A stretch of DNA of 48,327 bases from Thermoflavifilum sp. (GCA_019683625.1 JADGHY010000001.1:1-48327), one strand, 5' to 3'; numbered from the stretch's first letter, positions 10,619 through 19,905 are shown. Numbers and translations are program-made. Notes: generated by a model not told the origin, from the letters alone.

Positions 10619-10653
10619 GAAGGGAAATGCGCCAACATTTCCCTTCGTTTTTT
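10619..10653 (+). terminator. Hairpin plus T-tract in the fecR-susC spacer, oriented antisense to the PUL
   Basis: GAAGGGAAATG-CGCCAA-CATTTCCCTTC-G-TTTTTT: perfect 11-bp stem, with a T-tract only on the + strand. Confidence 0.7.
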
Positions 10654-10698
10654 AAACAGGTATTAGGAAGTGTTCACATCTGCCATAGGTCAATGGAT

Positions 10699-11895
10699 TT
10701 AAGGTGAAACCATTTGTGCTTCGCTGCTGCCGATATACACATCCTGGTTTTGGATGCGATAGGCAAAAGGTTGATGCGGTGAAGCTAACTGCAGGGCCTG
10801 CAAAGCTTCTGAAAGCGATTCTGTGGTGAAAATGCCCGTGAAATGATAATGGCGGGGAGCATCGTCCAGAAAATGAATACGCACATTATACCAGCGCTCC
10901 ATCTGCCGGGCAAGGGCTTCAAAAGACTCCTGCTGAAAGGCCAGTTGATTGTGAATCCACGATACTTCTGCGATCAAGGTATCGTGAGGCATGGGTTTTA
11001 CGGGGATGATGGTGTACACGGTGGGCAAAGAGGCCGCTGCCGTATCCAGTTGAAGGGTTGCCCCGGATTCGTTGGAGACCACAATTTTTTCTTTGGGGTG
11101 TAAAATCACCCGGCGCTCGGGCTGGCCTGGAAAGGTTACCTCGATGGCGCCTTTTAGCAACACGGCTTCAGTGGTTTCATCGTCGGGGTAGGCGCGCACA
11201 TCGAAAACAGTACCCAGCACCCGAATATTCATGGCCGGCGTGTGAATGATGAATGGATGCTGTTCCTGGTGAACCACATCAAAATAGGCTTCGCCCCGGA
11301 GATGTACTTCCCGATGAGCTTTCTGTAAAAAATCATGGGCATATACCAGTTCGCTTCCCGCATTGAGCCACACTTTCGATCCATCGGGCAACAACACCTG
11401 CAAACGAGCTCCTTTAGCTGCCATCACCGTATCGAGTTTGGGAAGGGCCAGCTGTGCAGCGTTTTCTGTGATTGCCGGACGGGCATGCTGTTCGGAAGAA
11501 CCGGGCAACCGAATCCACCAGGCCAGTCCGATCAATAGCACTGTGATGGTCATTCCTCCCGCCAGCATAGCTATCTTCCGCCTGCGCTTCTTTTGCTCCG
11601 CTTCCTCCACTTCCCAGGGATAGATTTCGCGCTCCACATCGGCCTGAGAAAAATCTGATGGCTCCAGCTGCCCCATCTCGGCCATCCGCTGCACATGCCA
11701 GGCAAAGAAATCACCACCCTTTACCCTTTCATTCGTTTCTGGCGATGGATGCCAAGCCTGCATCAAGGTTTCCAAGACATAATGCGCTTCAGGATGCCCT
11801 TTCAGCCATTCATCCAGCTCCTTCAGCTCATCGAGCGTGGCTTCACCACTCACTTTCTTGGCCATAAGCTCCCATATCCGGTCCTGTGCTTCCAT
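10699..11895 (-). CDS. FecR family anti-sigma factor
   Basis: Likely start MEAQDRIWELMAKK (11895); one TM helix; LPDGSKVWLNAGS, GEAYFDV, VLGTVFDV and ERWYNV motifs. Confidence 0.93.
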   Translation of the reverse strand: MEAQDRIWELMAKKVSGEATLDELKELDEWLKGHPEAHYVLETLMQAWHPSPETNERVKGGDFFAWHVQRMAEMGQLEPSDFSQADVEREIYPWEVEEAEQKKRRRKIAMLAGGMTITVLLIGLAWWIRLPGSSEQHARPAITENAAQLALPKLDTVMAAKGARLQVLLPDGSKVWLNAGSELVYAHDFLQKAHREVHLRGEAYFDVVHQEQHPFIIHTPAMNIRVLGTVFDVRAYPDDETTEAVLLKGAIEVTFPGQPERRVILHPKEKIVVSNESGATLQLDTAAASLPTVYTIIPVKPMPHDTLIAEVSWIHNQLAFQQESFEALARQMERWYNVRIHFLDDAPRHYHFTGIFTTESLSEALQALQLASPHQPFAYRIQNQDVYIGSSEAQMVSP

Positions 11896-11972
11896 GCGTA
11901 CAGATTGGGTGTAGGTTCTTTTCTTTATGGCACGAAAAAACCGGGATACCCTGAAAAAAGCGAAAAAATTTT

Positions 11973-12557
11973 TCAACGGGAGGAAACTACGGGCTGAATA
12001 GCCTCGGCAATCTTGCGAAATGCAATACCCATTTGAGTTTCAACGGTTTTGACGGAAATTTGCAGCAGCTCGGCAACTTCTTTGTAACGCAACCCATCGT
12101 CTTTGACGAGCCGGAAAATCAAGCGGCATCGCGCCGGCAGGCTCTCAATAGCATTTTCCATGTGCCTGCGTAATTCATTGTTCAACAGCATCTGCTCCGG
12201 ATCATCGGTCGCAAACCGAATGCCGGGAATCAGCGCACCTTCAAAAGAAGCAATGTCTTCATGCGCCATACGCCCGCTGGCGCTCCGCAGGTAATTCAGG
12301 CTCCTGTGTTTGACCGCCTGATAAAGATATAACCTGATATGCCGGATACTTCCCTGGCGGGCCCGTTGCTGCCAAAGCCACATAAATACATCAGATACAA
12401 TTTCCTCGGCAACCTCATATTGCTTAACAAACACCTGAGACCAGCGAATTAAAGGCCCTGCCAATGCATCAAATAGTTTCCGATAGGCCTGCTGGTCGTC
12501 CAGCGCCGCTATCTGATGCCACAGATAACGATAATATGCATCCACATCTTCGTGCAT
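11973..12557 (-). CDS. ECF sigma-70 factor (FecI-like, Bacteroidota expansion family)
   Basis: AEEIVSDVFMWLW, LYQAVKHRSLNYLR and LPARCRLIF...YKEVAELLQISVKTVE motifs; adjacent to fecR. Confidence 0.93.
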   Translation of the reverse strand: MHEDVDAYYRYLWHQIAALDDQQAYRKLFDALAGPLIRWSQVFVKQYEVAEEIVSDVFMWLWQQRARQGSIRHIRLYLYQAVKHRSLNYLRSASGRMAHEDIASFEGALIPGIRFATDDPEQMLLNNELRRHMENAIESLPARCRLIFRLVKDDGLRYKEVAELLQISVKTVETQMGIAFRKIAEAIQPVVSSR

Positions 12558-12674
12558 GGTAGTGGGTTACTCCAATGAGTAAGATAATGCGTTTCGGCCG
12601 CCTAAAAAAATTTTCCTAAAAACTACCGCCACGAAGAAATAAAAATTTGCAGAAATGAAAAAAAATTTCATTTT

Positions 12675-12689
12675 GTTAGGAATCCTAAC
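12675..12689. promoter_or_regulatory. Palindromic operator upstream of protoglobin (candidate MarR box)
   Basis: GTTAGGA-A-TCCTAAC perfect inverted repeat, abutting a -7-like element TATATTTA at 12690-12697. Confidence 0.65.
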
Positions 12690-12716
12690 TATATTTACTT
12701 CAAAATATTACCCACT

Positions 12717-13298
12717 ATGGCAACGACAAATATTCCCGGTTACACTTACGGGCAGGTGCCGGCAGCACCTTTTAACCTCCAAGATCTTGAACGGCTCAAA
12801 CAAACCGTTTTATTCAGCGAAAAAGATGCTGAATATTTGCGGATGGCCGGAGAGATCCTGCGCGATCAGGTTGATGAAATCCTGGAGCTCTGGTATGGTT
12901 TTGTGAGGCAGCATCCACATCTGCTGGCTTATTTTGGAAAAGATGGTACAATTGATCAATCTTATCTGCAGGCTGTTCGCAAACGATTTGGCCAGTGGAT
13001 CCGCGATTTATGCGAGCGGGATTTTGATCAGCAATGGTTGAATTACCAATATGAAATCGGGTTAAGGCATCATGTTTCCAAAAAAAATCAGACAGATCAT
13101 GCACAGGCGGCACCTTTTATCCATTATCGGTACATGGTTGCCTTCATTTATCCCATCACGGCAACCATAAAATCCTTTCTGGCCAAAAAAGCACATCCCG
13201 CAGAAATTGTTGACCAGATGCATCAGGCATGGTTTAAAGCCGTAGTACTTACCGTGGTGTTATGGACCTATCCCTACATCAGGCCGGGTGAATTTTGA
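12717..13298 (+). CDS. Protoglobin (single-domain sensor-type globin)
   Basis: IPGYTYG N-terminus, WYGFV (B9/B10 Trp-Tyr), YQYEIGLRHH (proximal His), KNQTD and C-terminal AWFKAV...LWTYPY, all resembling archaeal protoglobins. Confidence 0.92.
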   Translation: MATTNIPGYTYGQVPAAPFNLQDLERLKQTVLFSEKDAEYLRMAGEILRDQVDEILELWYGFVRQHPHLLAYFGKDGTIDQSYLQAVRKRFGQWIRDLCERDFDQQWLNYQYEIGLRHHVSKKNQTDHAQAAPFIHYRYMVAFIYPITATIKSFLAKKAHPAEIVDQMHQAWFKAVVLTVVLWTYPYIRPGEF

Positions 13299-13383
13299 AA
13301 AATTGCTCAGGAGAAGGCTTCTGGCTAATACTACACAGCCATGTTGTATCAGGCAGAAAATGTAATTTTAGCAAAAACACACG

Positions 13384-13989
13384 ATGCCTTCTCCGTTTGA
13401 TGTTGCCTGGCAGAATGAATCGCTTGAAGGAAAGATAGTGGTGGCACTGGAGCGGATTGCGGAGGCCTTTCGGGTCCTGGCATGGGAAGTGAGCAAAAAA
13501 AGCGGATTGAGTCCGATTCAATTGCAAATTCTCGTATTCTGTTTGTTTCATGAACAGCAGATGGCAACTGTTTCCACTTTGGCCGAAGAGTTTCACCTCA
13601 CCAAAGCCACCATCAGCGAATCTGTCCGCATCCTGGAAAATCGGCAACTGATTGTCCGCAAAAAATCCAAGCAAGACCAGCGCAGCCATCACCTGGTGCT
13701 TACTGCCAAAGGGAAAAAGTTAGCTCAGCAAGCCTCACAGTTTGCAGACGCTTTGGTAAAGGCAGCTATGCAATTGCAAAAATCTGTAAAAACATCTATG
13801 CTGGATGGTTTGCTGCACATGATTTATGATTTGCAGCAACAAGGAATGATTCATCCCCAGCGCATGTGCTGGAATTGCCGATTTTACACGCAACACAAAC
13901 AACAACCGTATTGTGCCCTGCTGCAAAAGGCTTTGCAAATAGCCGATTTGCGCATCGATTGTCCGGAGTTTCAGGCTATTTCTTCTTAA
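13384..13989 (+). CDS. MarR family winged-helix regulator with C-terminal 4-Cys domain
   Basis: GLSPIQLQIL, TKATISESVRILE and DQRS...LTAKG motifs; tail CWNC-x11-C-x15-CPEF. Confidence 0.88.
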   Translation: MPSPFDVAWQNESLEGKIVVALERIAEAFRVLAWEVSKKSGLSPIQLQILVFCLFHEQQMATVSTLAEEFHLTKATISESVRILENRQLIVRKKSKQDQRSHHLVLTAKGKKLAQQASQFADALVKAAMQLQKSVKTSMLDGLLHMIYDLQQQGMIHPQRMCWNCRFYTQHKQQPYCALLQKALQIADLRIDCPEFQAISS

Positions 13990-13992
13990 GAT

Positions 13993-15015
13993 TCATCGAA
14001 GAGGGTCCTGTGGTGGAATCTGGTATTGTTTGGCCAGTGCATCATAAATATGCAAAAGCGAATCATTGGCAATGCCCTGTTGATTGAATATGGCCTCCCA
14101 GGTATTCAACGGTTCCCAAATAAAGGTGCCCCAGCCTTTGTGGTTGGGCAATTGGAAAACAATATCATTCACTTCTTTTTTGTGATACGTGTATTCCACC
14201 ACGATAATGGGCTGGGCATAGCGCATAGCCAAATCGGTTAGGTTATTTCGCAAATCCGTTAATGTGCCATGCCATTGGGGATAATAGGATTGTCCGATGA
14301 GGTCAAAAGGCACCTGGCGTTGCAACATGGCATCCAGAAATGCCCGGGACTCGGTATTTTGGCCTCCATCGGCAATATGCAACATCACCAGAATATGCGG
14401 ATCCACGGCTTTCACGGCAGCAATAGCTGTCTTTAATAAATCGGCAAGTGTATCCGGATGGTTAAAGCTGCCCACAGGCCATAGCATACCATGATTAATT
14501 TCATTGCCGGTTTGCACGACATCGGGTAAGGTGCCTTGCTGTTGTAAGGCCAGCAATACGTTTCGGGTGTAAGCATACAGGGAATCTTTAAGCAAAGGCA
14601 AATTCAGGTTTTCCCAGGCTTTGGGGATGTATTGTTTACCGGGGTCGGCCCAGGTATCGCTGTAGTGAAAATCCAGCAAGAAGCCCATGCCAGCGGCTTT
14701 GATGCGGCGTGCCATAGCCAATGTATGCGTCAGATCACAATAGCCCTTCCCCGGTGCATAACCACTATCGGCTTCGGGGTGTACGAAGATGCGCAAGCGA
14801 ATAAAATTAAAACCATGTTCATGTAAGATGTTGATGGCATCTTCGGTTTTTCCATCCACCTGAAAATGCATGCCCTTATCTTCCAGCTGGGGCAAAAATG
14901 AAATATCGGCACCGAGTATACGAGGCAATGGTTGCGCCATTACAGATGGATGTGAGCTGCATCCCAGGCTCAAAATGGCCACACTTATCAAAGGCAATAA
15001 GGAAAAGGAGCGCAT
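13993..15015 (-). CDS. GH53 arabinogalactan endo-beta-1,4-galactanase (lipoprotein-like)
   Basis: GADIS, RLRIFV, LDFHYSDTWADPGKQ, VQTGNE, GQSYYP and IIVVE motifs; likely start MRSFSLL (15015). Confidence 0.92.
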   Translation of the reverse strand: MRSFSLLPLISVAILSLGCSSHPSVMAQPLPRILGADISFLPQLEDKGMHFQVDGKTEDAINILHEHGFNFIRLRIFVHPEADSGYAPGKGYCDLTHTLAMARRIKAAGMGFLLDFHYSDTWADPGKQYIPKAWENLNLPLLKDSLYAYTRNVLLALQQQGTLPDVVQTGNEINHGMLWPVGSFNHPDTLADLLKTAIAAVKAVDPHILVMLHIADGGQNTESRAFLDAMLQRQVPFDLIGQSYYPQWHGTLTDLRNNLTDLAMRYAQPIIVVEYTYHKKEVNDIVFQLPNHKGWGTFIWEPLNTWEAIFNQQGIANDSLLHIYDALAKQYQIPPQDPLR

Positions 15016-15066
15016 ATCTTTTCTTTTAGGGATAAAATGGATCAACACAAATATCCTATCCTGCAC

Positions 15067-16350
15067 TTAGGATTCCATCATGTGTATAGACGATGTTTGT
15101 GCTTGCTTAACGGATGAATCAGATAGAAATCCTTGTTCCCATCGGCTGATGACACCGGTAGCCACAGCATTCCCAAGCACATTGGTAGCGGTTCGGCCCA
15201 TATCGAAGAGTTGATCAATACCCAGCAACAGCACCACGCCTTCTGCCGGCAGGTGAAACATGGTTAATGAAGCAGCTACCACCACAAGGGCTGCCCGGGG
15301 CACACCTGCAATGCCTTTGCTCATCACCATCAATACCAATAAGATGATGATTTGTTTTTCAACAGGCATATTCATGCCATAGGATTGGGCAATAAATAAA
15401 GTGGCAAATGTCATATACATCATTGAACCATCCAGGTTAAACGAATAACCCACGGGTAATACAAAGCTCACAATTTTGTTCGGGCATCCCACTCGCTGCA
15501 ATCTATCCATCAACAGCGGGAAAGCTGCCTCACTGCTGGCCGTGCTAAAAGCCAGCATCACGGGCTCAGCAATGGCTTTTATCAGGGGAAGAATCTTTTT
15601 TCTCATCACGAGTGCACCTGCCAATAAAATCATCATCCACAATAGGGCAATGCCTAAATAAAATTCCAGGATTAACTTGCCAAAAACCCAAATAATATCA
15701 GTACCGTTCTCCGCAACCGTAGCAGCCAGCGAAGTGAATACCGCGAAGGGTGCAAGCGCAATCACATAGCCCGTCATCTTCAACATGATGTCGGCCACCG
15801 CTTCAAAAAAATGCACCACGGCTTTTGCCCGTTCGCCAATAGCCGCTGCTGCTATCCCAAAAAACAAGGCAAACACCACGATCTGCAAAATTTCATTATG
15901 GGTAATGGCATCGCCAATACTGGTTGGGAAAACATGGGTAATGAAATTGCGAAAGTCTAAACCGGTTGTAGAAATGGCTTCAGACGATGTTTTCTCGGGC
16001 ATGGGCAAATGCAGATGCAAACCCGGTTTGAAGAAATTAACCAAAAGCAACCCTAAACACAATGATAACAAGGATGCAGCTACAAACCAGGCCAATGCCT
16101 TCACGCCAATACGCCCCACCGCCCGGATATCGCCCACCCGGGCAACGCCTACAATCAATGTGCTCAGCACCAACGGTGCAATTAACATTTTGATGAGACG
16201 CAAAAAGATTTCTGTAACAATGGAAATGTCGTGGGAAAATTTTTTTACGCTGGCTTCATCTGGATACCACTCGCGATACACATATCCGGTGCAGGCACCG
16301 GCAAACAGCGCCACCAAAATCCAGAAGGCTAATTTGTTTTTTCTCAACAA
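15067..16350 (-). CDS. Dicarboxylate/amino acid:cation symporter (GltP/DctA family)
   Basis: FLRLIKMLIAPLV, AFSTASSEAA, GYSFNLDG, SKGIAGVP and DMGRTATNV motifs. Confidence 0.93.
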   Translation of the reverse strand: MLRKNKLAFWILVALFAGACTGYVYREWYPDEASVKKFSHDISIVTEIFLRLIKMLIAPLVLSTLIVGVARVGDIRAVGRIGVKALAWFVAASLLSLCLGLLLVNFFKPGLHLHLPMPEKTSSEAISTTGLDFRNFITHVFPTSIGDAITHNEILQIVVFALFFGIAAAAIGERAKAVVHFFEAVADIMLKMTGYVIALAPFAVFTSLAATVAENGTDIIWVFGKLILEFYLGIALLWMMILLAGALVMRKKILPLIKAIAEPVMLAFSTASSEAAFPLLMDRLQRVGCPNKIVSFVLPVGYSFNLDGSMMYMTFATLFIAQSYGMNMPVEKQIIILLVLMVMSKGIAGVPRAALVVVAASLTMFHLPAEGVVLLLGIDQLFDMGRTATNVLGNAVATGVISRWEQGFLSDSSVKQAQTSSIHMMES

Positions 16351-16457
16351 ATGATGCCAATTTTATCCACAATAGTAGGGAAAAGCACGGGGTTTTCAAA
16401 CGCATTTTTGAATCTGGACTGACAAAATCTTCTCCATAAAATGATTAGCTTTGGCGC

Positions 16458-16988
16458 ATGTCAACCGCATCAAAACCTGACGTGTGGCTACGCGGCCCGA
16501 TTGATGGCATTGCTCCCCTGTTACAACCTGTAGCACATGCGCTTTTGCAAACACAGGAAGACGTACATCAGATCATGGAAGGATTTGCCGATGAATGGCT
16601 TTGGGAGAAGCCTGCTGGCAGAGCTTCTGCTGGTTTTCATCTGCAACACATCAGCGGTGTGGTCGATCGGCTGTTCACCTACGCCCGTGGAGAATCACTT
16701 ACTGATATCCAATTACAAGAGCTCAAACAAGAGGGACAGCCTTATCCCGGCCACGACCGGGTGGCAGCCTTGTTAGCTGCCTTGGATCATCAGATTGAAA
16801 CCGCCCTTCATCAGCTGCGCCATACTTCAGAAAACCAGTTAACCGAAATGCGATCGGTGGGGCGTAGAAAATTAGCTTCTACTGTGGCCGGACTGCTATT
16901 CCACGCAGCAGAACACAGCCAACGCCACACCGGCCAATTGCTGGTAACCGTGAGTGTGGTCAAGGAAAAACACATCCCCGCAGCATAA
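16458..16988 (+). CDS. DinB/YfiT family metalloprotein
   Basis: SAGFHLQHI and HAAEHSQRHTGQ His motifs; four-helix bundle size. Confidence 0.85.
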   Translation: MSTASKPDVWLRGPIDGIAPLLQPVAHALLQTQEDVHQIMEGFADEWLWEKPAGRASAGFHLQHISGVVDRLFTYARGESLTDIQLQELKQEGQPYPGHDRVAALLAALDHQIETALHQLRHTSENQLTEMRSVGRRKLASTVAGLLFHAAEHSQRHTGQLLVTVSVVKEKHIPAA

Positions 16989-17071
16989 TCGTGCCGTGCT
17001 CATTGCCGCATGTTTGCACAAATGGATTTCCCGGAAATGGTATATCTTTATGCAATCGAATGCTGAGGAAT

Positions 17072-17665
17072 ATGAAAAAAATATCCCTGCTCGTTTGCCT
17101 TGCCTTCATCCTGCCTATGGTAATGGTACATGCACAATCTCAGGCTGTTGTTGAGCACTGGTTCCAGCAGGGCAACTGGCGAAAAAACCTGCACCTGAAA
17201 CCCAGCTCCAGCATTGATGTACGCTATTTTTATCAACAATATCATCGCAACCCGGTGTTATGGGAAAAAGTGCTGGCTTTTTTAAACCGACCGGATCTTT
17301 CCACACTCGATACAGGCACCTATCATCTTACGCAAGGTGATAGTGCATACGCTACCATCAGTACCTATATGCCCAAACCATTGGATCAGACCCGATTTGA
17401 AGCCCACCGGAAATATATTGACGTGCAATATGTGATCCAGGGAAAAGAGCAAATCGGGATTGCCGCCGTATCGAAAGCCACGCTCACTGAACCTTACCGG
17501 GCCGATAAAGATATTGCCCATTATGATGCAACAGGCACCTATGTAACGGCTACGCCTGAACAGTTTTTCATTTTCTTTCCTACCAACGCACATCGGCCGG
17601 GAATAGCTGCTGATGCGCATCCCCAGATGGTGAAAAAACTGGTCATTAAAGTGAGGGTTCAATAA
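17072..17665 (+). CDS. YhcH/YjgK/YiaL (NanQ-like) family protein with signal peptide
   Basis: FEAHRKYIDVQYVIQGKE, FFIFFPTNAHRP and KKLVIKV motifs; start MKKISLL (17072). Confidence 0.88.
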   Translation: MKKISLLVCLAFILPMVMVHAQSQAVVEHWFQQGNWRKNLHLKPSSSIDVRYFYQQYHRNPVLWEKVLAFLNRPDLSTLDTGTYHLTQGDSAYATISTYMPKPLDQTRFEAHRKYIDVQYVIQGKEQIGIAAVSKATLTEPYRADKDIAHYDATGTYVTATPEQFFIFFPTNAHRPGIAADAHPQMVKKLVIKVRVQ

Positions 17666-17692
17666 CCACATCTATCCCGTTATAGCCATGCA

Positions 17693-18769
17693 GTGCCAGC
17701 TGCCTGCATTTTGCAGGATATCCTATTTTTGTTGAAAGTACATACTTTGCGAAGAAACGATACATATCGGGTGGGACTAATCGGTTATGGCAGCTGGGCA
17801 ACAGCTATAGCAAAAGTGCTCACAGAAAATGATTTCCGGATTTACTGGTGGTTTCGCAAAGAAGAAGATATGGCTTTTATCCAAAAACATCATCATCACC
17901 CGAGATATTTACCAGCGATTCATTTTCAAATATCCAAGTTAAAACTCACCACACGCCTGCAGGAAGTGGTGGAAAAAAATGACTGGATTATCATTGCTGT
18001 CCCATCGGCTTTCGTGGAGACGATTTTAAGGGATATCCCCGTGCAGAGCTGGAAGGGGAAGGCTGTGGTATCGGGCATCAAAGGCATATTGCCGGGAAGC
18101 AATCAGTTGCTGAACGATTATTTGGCAACAAAAGCCCAATTTCCGGTGGAACAATATTTTGCCATCACCGGGCCCTGCCATGCCGAAGAAGTAGCCAGCG
18201 AAAAATTATCTTATATTACCATCAGTGGTCGGGATGTGGAAAGAGCCCAACGCATTGCTATGCGCTTTCACACGGCCTATTTAAAAACCATGGTTAATGA
18301 TGATTTATGGGGCGCCCAGTATGCAGCTACCTTGAAAAATATTTATGCTATCGGAGCAGGCATAGCGCATGGGTTAGGATATGGAGATAATTTTCTTTCG
18401 GTGTATGTGGCCAATTGTGCCCATGAAATGGATGCCTTTAACAGGGCCTTATGCGAACAACAACAACATCCCTACCGCTCGCGAAATGCGTTTGCCAGTG
18501 CTTACCTGGGCGATTTATTGGTAACCTGTTATTCTCAATATAGCCGCAACCGCACTTTGGGCACCATGATTGGCAAAGGCTATTCGGTGAAATCAGCCCA
18601 GCTGGAATTAGGTATGGTTGCCGAAGGATATTATGCCAGCAAATGCATCCATGAACTCAACCAGCAATATCGTTTCCCCATTCCCATTGCAGAACAGATC
18701 TATCAGATCCTCTGGGAACATCAGCTTCCGGAAACAGCCATTCGTTTAATGGCTCAATCTTTTGTATGA
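17693..18769 (+). CDS. gpsA: NAD(P)H-dependent glycerol-3-phosphate dehydrogenase
   Basis: GYGSWATA, GPCHAEEV, LKNIYAI and GDLLVTCYSQYSRNR motifs; true start probably downstream (TTG near 17747). Confidence 0.93.
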   Translation: MPAACILQDILFLLKVHTLRRNDTYRVGLIGYGSWATAIAKVLTENDFRIYWWFRKEEDMAFIQKHHHHPRYLPAIHFQISKLKLTTRLQEVVEKNDWIIIAVPSAFVETILRDIPVQSWKGKAVVSGIKGILPGSNQLLNDYLATKAQFPVEQYFAITGPCHAEEVASEKLSYITISGRDVERAQRIAMRFHTAYLKTMVNDDLWGAQYAATLKNIYAIGAGIAHGLGYGDNFLSVYVANCAHEMDAFNRALCEQQQHPYRSRNAFASAYLGDLLVTCYSQYSRNRTLGTMIGKGYSVKSAQLELGMVAEGYYASKCIHELNQQYRFPIPIAEQIYQILWEHQLPETAIRLMAQSFV

Positions 18770-19905
18770 AGATCTGCATCTTCTGCAAACAAAGCAGCGG
18801 CAATGCGATCGGCAAATAATCGTCCTGTTTTGCTGAGTGTATAATGCGATGATTGATGAATCACATGGCATGTGTGAATCCAGGGCTGTATCTGTTGTTG
18901 AAAATAATTCACATATGCTTTCCCAAAATATAGAGCCAGCGCTTCTTCATCTACGCCTTCCATCGTACGCAAGTGCAGCATCACATATTCGTTGTACTGC
19001 ATAGTTGGGGTAAGATATTCTTCTTCAAATGGAATTTGGTCTTGGCGTATGGATTGCAAATATTTTAGGTTATGGGCTATATTCCATCGGCGGATGGGGG
19101 GCTGATAACTGTGGGCTGAAGGGCCTATGCCCAAATAAGGTATTCCTTGCCAATATAGGCTATTGTGCCGGGAACGGTGTCCGGGCCTGGCAAAATTGGA
19201 AATTTCATAAGCTTCATAACCTGCAGCTTCCATCCGATCCAGAAGCATCAGGTATTGCCGGGCGGCCTGTTCATCCTCTACGGATGGAAATTGATGTTTT
19301 CGGATCAAATGATCAAGCGCTGTTTGCGGTTCTACGGTTAAGGCGTAGCACGACAGATGCGGAACGTGCAGGGAAATAAAGGTTTCAATTTCTTTTTCCC
19401 AACAGGCATCGGTTAAGCCCGGAATGCCATAAATGAGATCAACAGAAATACGCTCAAAACCTTGATCCAGGGCCAATAGCACGCTTTCTTTTGCCTGCCT
19501 GGCATCGTGGCTGCGGTGAAGTGCCCGCAACAATTGATCGGATAAAGCCTGTACGCCTATGCTTAACCGGTTGATGCCCGCCTGTTTCCATGTCGCTAAT
19601 TTATGATGATCCATATCATCCGGATTGGCTTCTAAAGTAATCTCGGCATCTGCACTGACTTCATAGAAACGATAAATGGTTTCGAGCAGTTGTTGCAATT
19701 GTGATGCAGATAACAATGAAGGCGTACCACCTCCGAAATATATGGTTTCAAACCGATGATTGTGCCAGGCAGAAGCCTGCAATTGTATTTCACGGCACAG
19801 GGCCTGCACCATCTCATCCATCAGCCGAAGCGAGGTACTGAAGTGAAAGTTGCAATAGTAACAGGCCTGCCGGCAAAAAGGAATGTGCAGATAACATCCG
19901 GCCAT
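18754..19905 (-). CDS. hemW: Radical SAM heme chaperone HemW (HemN-like)
   Basis: YLHIPFCRQACYYCNF, GGGTPS, EANPDD, YEISNF and HNSLYW motifs. Confidence 0.93.
   Translation of the reverse strand: MAGCYLHIPFCRQACYYCNFHFSTSLRLMDEMVQALCREIQLQASAWHNHRFETIYFGGGTPSLLSASQLQQLLETIYRFYEVSADAEITLEANPDDMDHHKLATWKQAGINRLSIGVQALSDQLLRALHRSHDARQAKESVLLALDQGFERISVDLIYGIPGLTDACWEKEIETFISLHVPHLSCYALTVEPQTALDHLIRKHQFPSVEDEQAARQYLMLLDRMEAAGYEAYEISNFARPGHRSRHNSLYWQGIPYLGIGPSAHSYQPPIRRWNIAHNLKYLQSIRQDQIPFEEEYLTPTMQYNEYVMLHLRTMEGVDEEALALYFGKAYVNYFQQQIQPWIHTCHVIHQSSHYTLSKTGRLFADRIAAALFAEDADLHTKD

Noticed and set aside
11925-11955. Possible ECF promoter (CAGGGTA...TGCC on the minus strand) upstream of fecR
   Set aside because: The position is plausible, but there is only one copy in the window, so a consensus cannot be supported.
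18754-18769. Convergent 16-nt overlap of gpsA and hemW
   Set aside because: Short tail-to-tail overlaps are common in compact genomes, and there is no further signal.
19861-19876. GCCTGCCGGC resembling the palindromic element, within hemW
   Set aside because: It encodes the conserved radical SAM CxxxCxxC (FCRQAC) with no length change, so it is coincidental.
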